From Patescibacteria group bacterium (lineage in GTDB: Bacteria; Patescibacteriota; UBA1384; XYA2-FULL-43-10), in contig JBAYVT010000003.1 in NCBI GenBank assembly GCA_041674405.1, positions 119,990 to 151,989 on the forward strand: a stretch of DNA of 32,000 bases, written 5' to 3'. The position numbers and the translations under genes were made by a program. Under the pieces are notes generated by a model. The model saw nothing but the letters and a program-made list of their open reading frames with translations. It was not told the DNA's origin and did not search any database. Shown here in pieces: positions 30,858 to 32,000 of this stretch. Numbering within the stretch: position 1 is the stretch's first letter; the number at the start of each line of letters is the position of its first letter.

Positions 30858-32000
30858 ATGTATCAAAATATCTCGTTGCAGGTAGGGCTGGTGATGCTCG
30901 CGTACCTGCTGGGGTCGCTCCCCTTTGGGTACTGGTTCGGAAAGTTCGCGAAAGGTGGCGCATTCGATATCCGGAACTACGGTTCTGGTAATATCGGTTT
31001 CACCGCCATTGGGCGCGAAGTGAGCTGGGGAATCGCTATCCCGGTGCTGATCTTTGACGCACTCAAAGCTTGGGGGCCAGTAACACTGGCCAAAGCCGAG
31101 TTTGGCGTCGATTTCGGCATGCTGTGTCTCATCTTCGTCATGTTGGGCCACGCATATTCTCTGTACTTCTGGGTCACAGAGAAGCACCCTGGAGGCGGCA
31201 AGTCTGTTGCAGCCGCTCTGGGAGGCATCGTCGCCCTACACCCTGCAATAGCCGGCTGGAGCCTGGTCATCTGGGCAATCATCCTGCTATGCACCCGGAC
31301 CATGTCCATAGCCTCGATGTTGGGAAGCGTCTGTGCTTTCCTACTGACCTTACGTATTCACATCGGTCTGGGGCTCGACGTATCCTTCGGCTATGGCCTG
31401 GGACTGACCTGGAACATCTTCTTCGGCCTAGTGAGTGCGCTGATCGTCTACTTCCACAAGCGTAACATTGGCCGTCTCTTGCATCGCAACGAGAAGCCAT
31501 TGTTTGAGTGGAGAGACATATGCAAACTCTGGCAGAAGAGGCAAACCGTCCAAGACAATGAACTAGTCGTCTGGTTCATGATTCACCCGTTGCAGTGGAG
31601 CGACCTGATGCAATCCGTACTCATATGGTGGATCTACTGGATGGGTAAATGGCCACGGAGTGCCAGGATCGGCATCTGGATACTCTCCGTTCTGCCAGTC
31701 ATCGAGAACGCAGAGGTCACCGGCATCACCCTGAAAGACGAGAGACAGACCCGGGTCAAGATCAAAACCGGCGCCATCCTTTACCTCTCAGGGATGATCG
31801 AAGTAGTGAAGCTAGCAGAAGAGGTTGACGCTGGTCGCATGAAGGTGGGCTATGGGGAAGGCGAGGTTTCGCCAGAGCTGTACAAGAAGGCCTCACTACT
31901 TCGTGACCGGTTGTGGAAGCGCTTACAGAGCGGTACGGTGCAAGGGCGCCGCATCGGCTCTCACGTCGCGGGGCTAGGGGCACTCCTCTCCACCAGGTTC
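30858..32000 (+). CDS. plsY: glycerol-3-phosphate acyltransferase PlsY fused to a C-terminal COG5322/acyl-ACP-reductase-like domain; 3' end leaves the window
   Basis: Absent from the ORF track because it is open-ended. I translated 381 codons with no stop. The PlsY part (about 1-212) carries LLGSLPFGYW, YGSGNIGFTA, FDALKA, GHAYSLYF...GGGKSVAAALG and HKRNIGRLLHRNEK. Residues from about 235 onward read VVWFMIHPL ... VAGLGALLST. Confidence 0.85.
   Translation, partial: MYQNISLQVGLVMLAYLLGSLPFGYWFGKFAKGGAFDIRNYGSGNIGFTAIGREVSWGIAIPVLIFDALKAWGPVTLAKAEFGVDFGMLCLIFVMLGHAYSLYFWVTEKHPGGGKSVAAALGGIVALHPAIAGWSLVIWAIILLCTRTMSIASMLGSVCAFLLTLRIHIGLGLDVSFGYGLGLTWNIFFGLVSALIVYFHKRNIGRLLHRNEKPLFEWRDICKLWQKRQTVQDNELVVWFMIHPLQWSDLMQSVLIWWIYWMGKWPRSARIGIWILSVLPVIENAEVTGITLKDERQTRVKIKTGAILYLSGMIEVVKLAEEVDAGRMKVGYGEGEVSPELYKKASLLRDRLWKRLQSGTVQGRRIGSHVAGLGALLSTRF

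Noticed and set aside
1-32000. Chimeric assembly as the explanation for the GC mosaic
   Set aside because: Six separate islets all switch composition precisely at gene and terminator boundaries, with functional-looking promoters and, for NrtR, cognate operators spanning the junction. Random mis-joins would not do this. It still needs read-level confirmation.
1-32000. Search for tRNA, rRNA, CRISPR arrays, integrases, transposases and IS ends
   Set aside because: I found no T-loop GGTTCGA-type motifs with matching stems, no regularly spaced repeats with unique spacers, and no recombinase-like ORFs.

Overview
This is a 32-kb chromosomal window from a small, low-GC bacterium. The gene content looks Patescibacteria/CPR-like, which is inference only. 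The backbone is housekeeping genes, mostly on the minus strand: ftsK (open at base 1), rnj, family-4 udg, pnp, rpsO, an nrnA-like DHH phosphoesterase, rpsT, a 1273-aa LamG/beta-propeller/FN3 surface protein, lepB, a DUF2207-like membrane protein, holA, a two-ORF DNA polymerase I (5'-nuclease plus polymerase, no 3'-5' exo domain), a DedA-like protein and ychF. A spot count gives 26/60 GC at 8881-8940. Six CDS-sized high-GC islets are interleaved with the backbone (37/60 GC at 25081-25140). Each islet has its own sigma70-like promoter and GC-clamp terminator, and none has a visible mobile-element scar. The islets carry purN, an NrtR-controlled nadM(Nudix)-nadV NAD salvage operon, a plsY fused to a second domain (open at base 32000), and six orphan, mostly membrane-anchored proteins. 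There is also one very AT-rich orphan (16/60 GC at 28741-28800). The points most worth follow-up are listed here.
1. The compositional mosaic itself.
2. The plsY fusion.
3. A dnaX-type A_AAA_AAG slippery site plus hairpin exactly at the split in polA.
4. The NrtR operator set and the GC mismatch between regulator and enzymes.
5. Locus-specific word-repeat hairpins at almost every native gene junction, including one inside a CDS.
I found no rRNA, tRNA, CRISPR array, integrase or transposase. TGA, TAA and TAG all act as stops, so the standard code applies. All GC values are hand spot counts, and all family assignments come from motif recognition, not searches.
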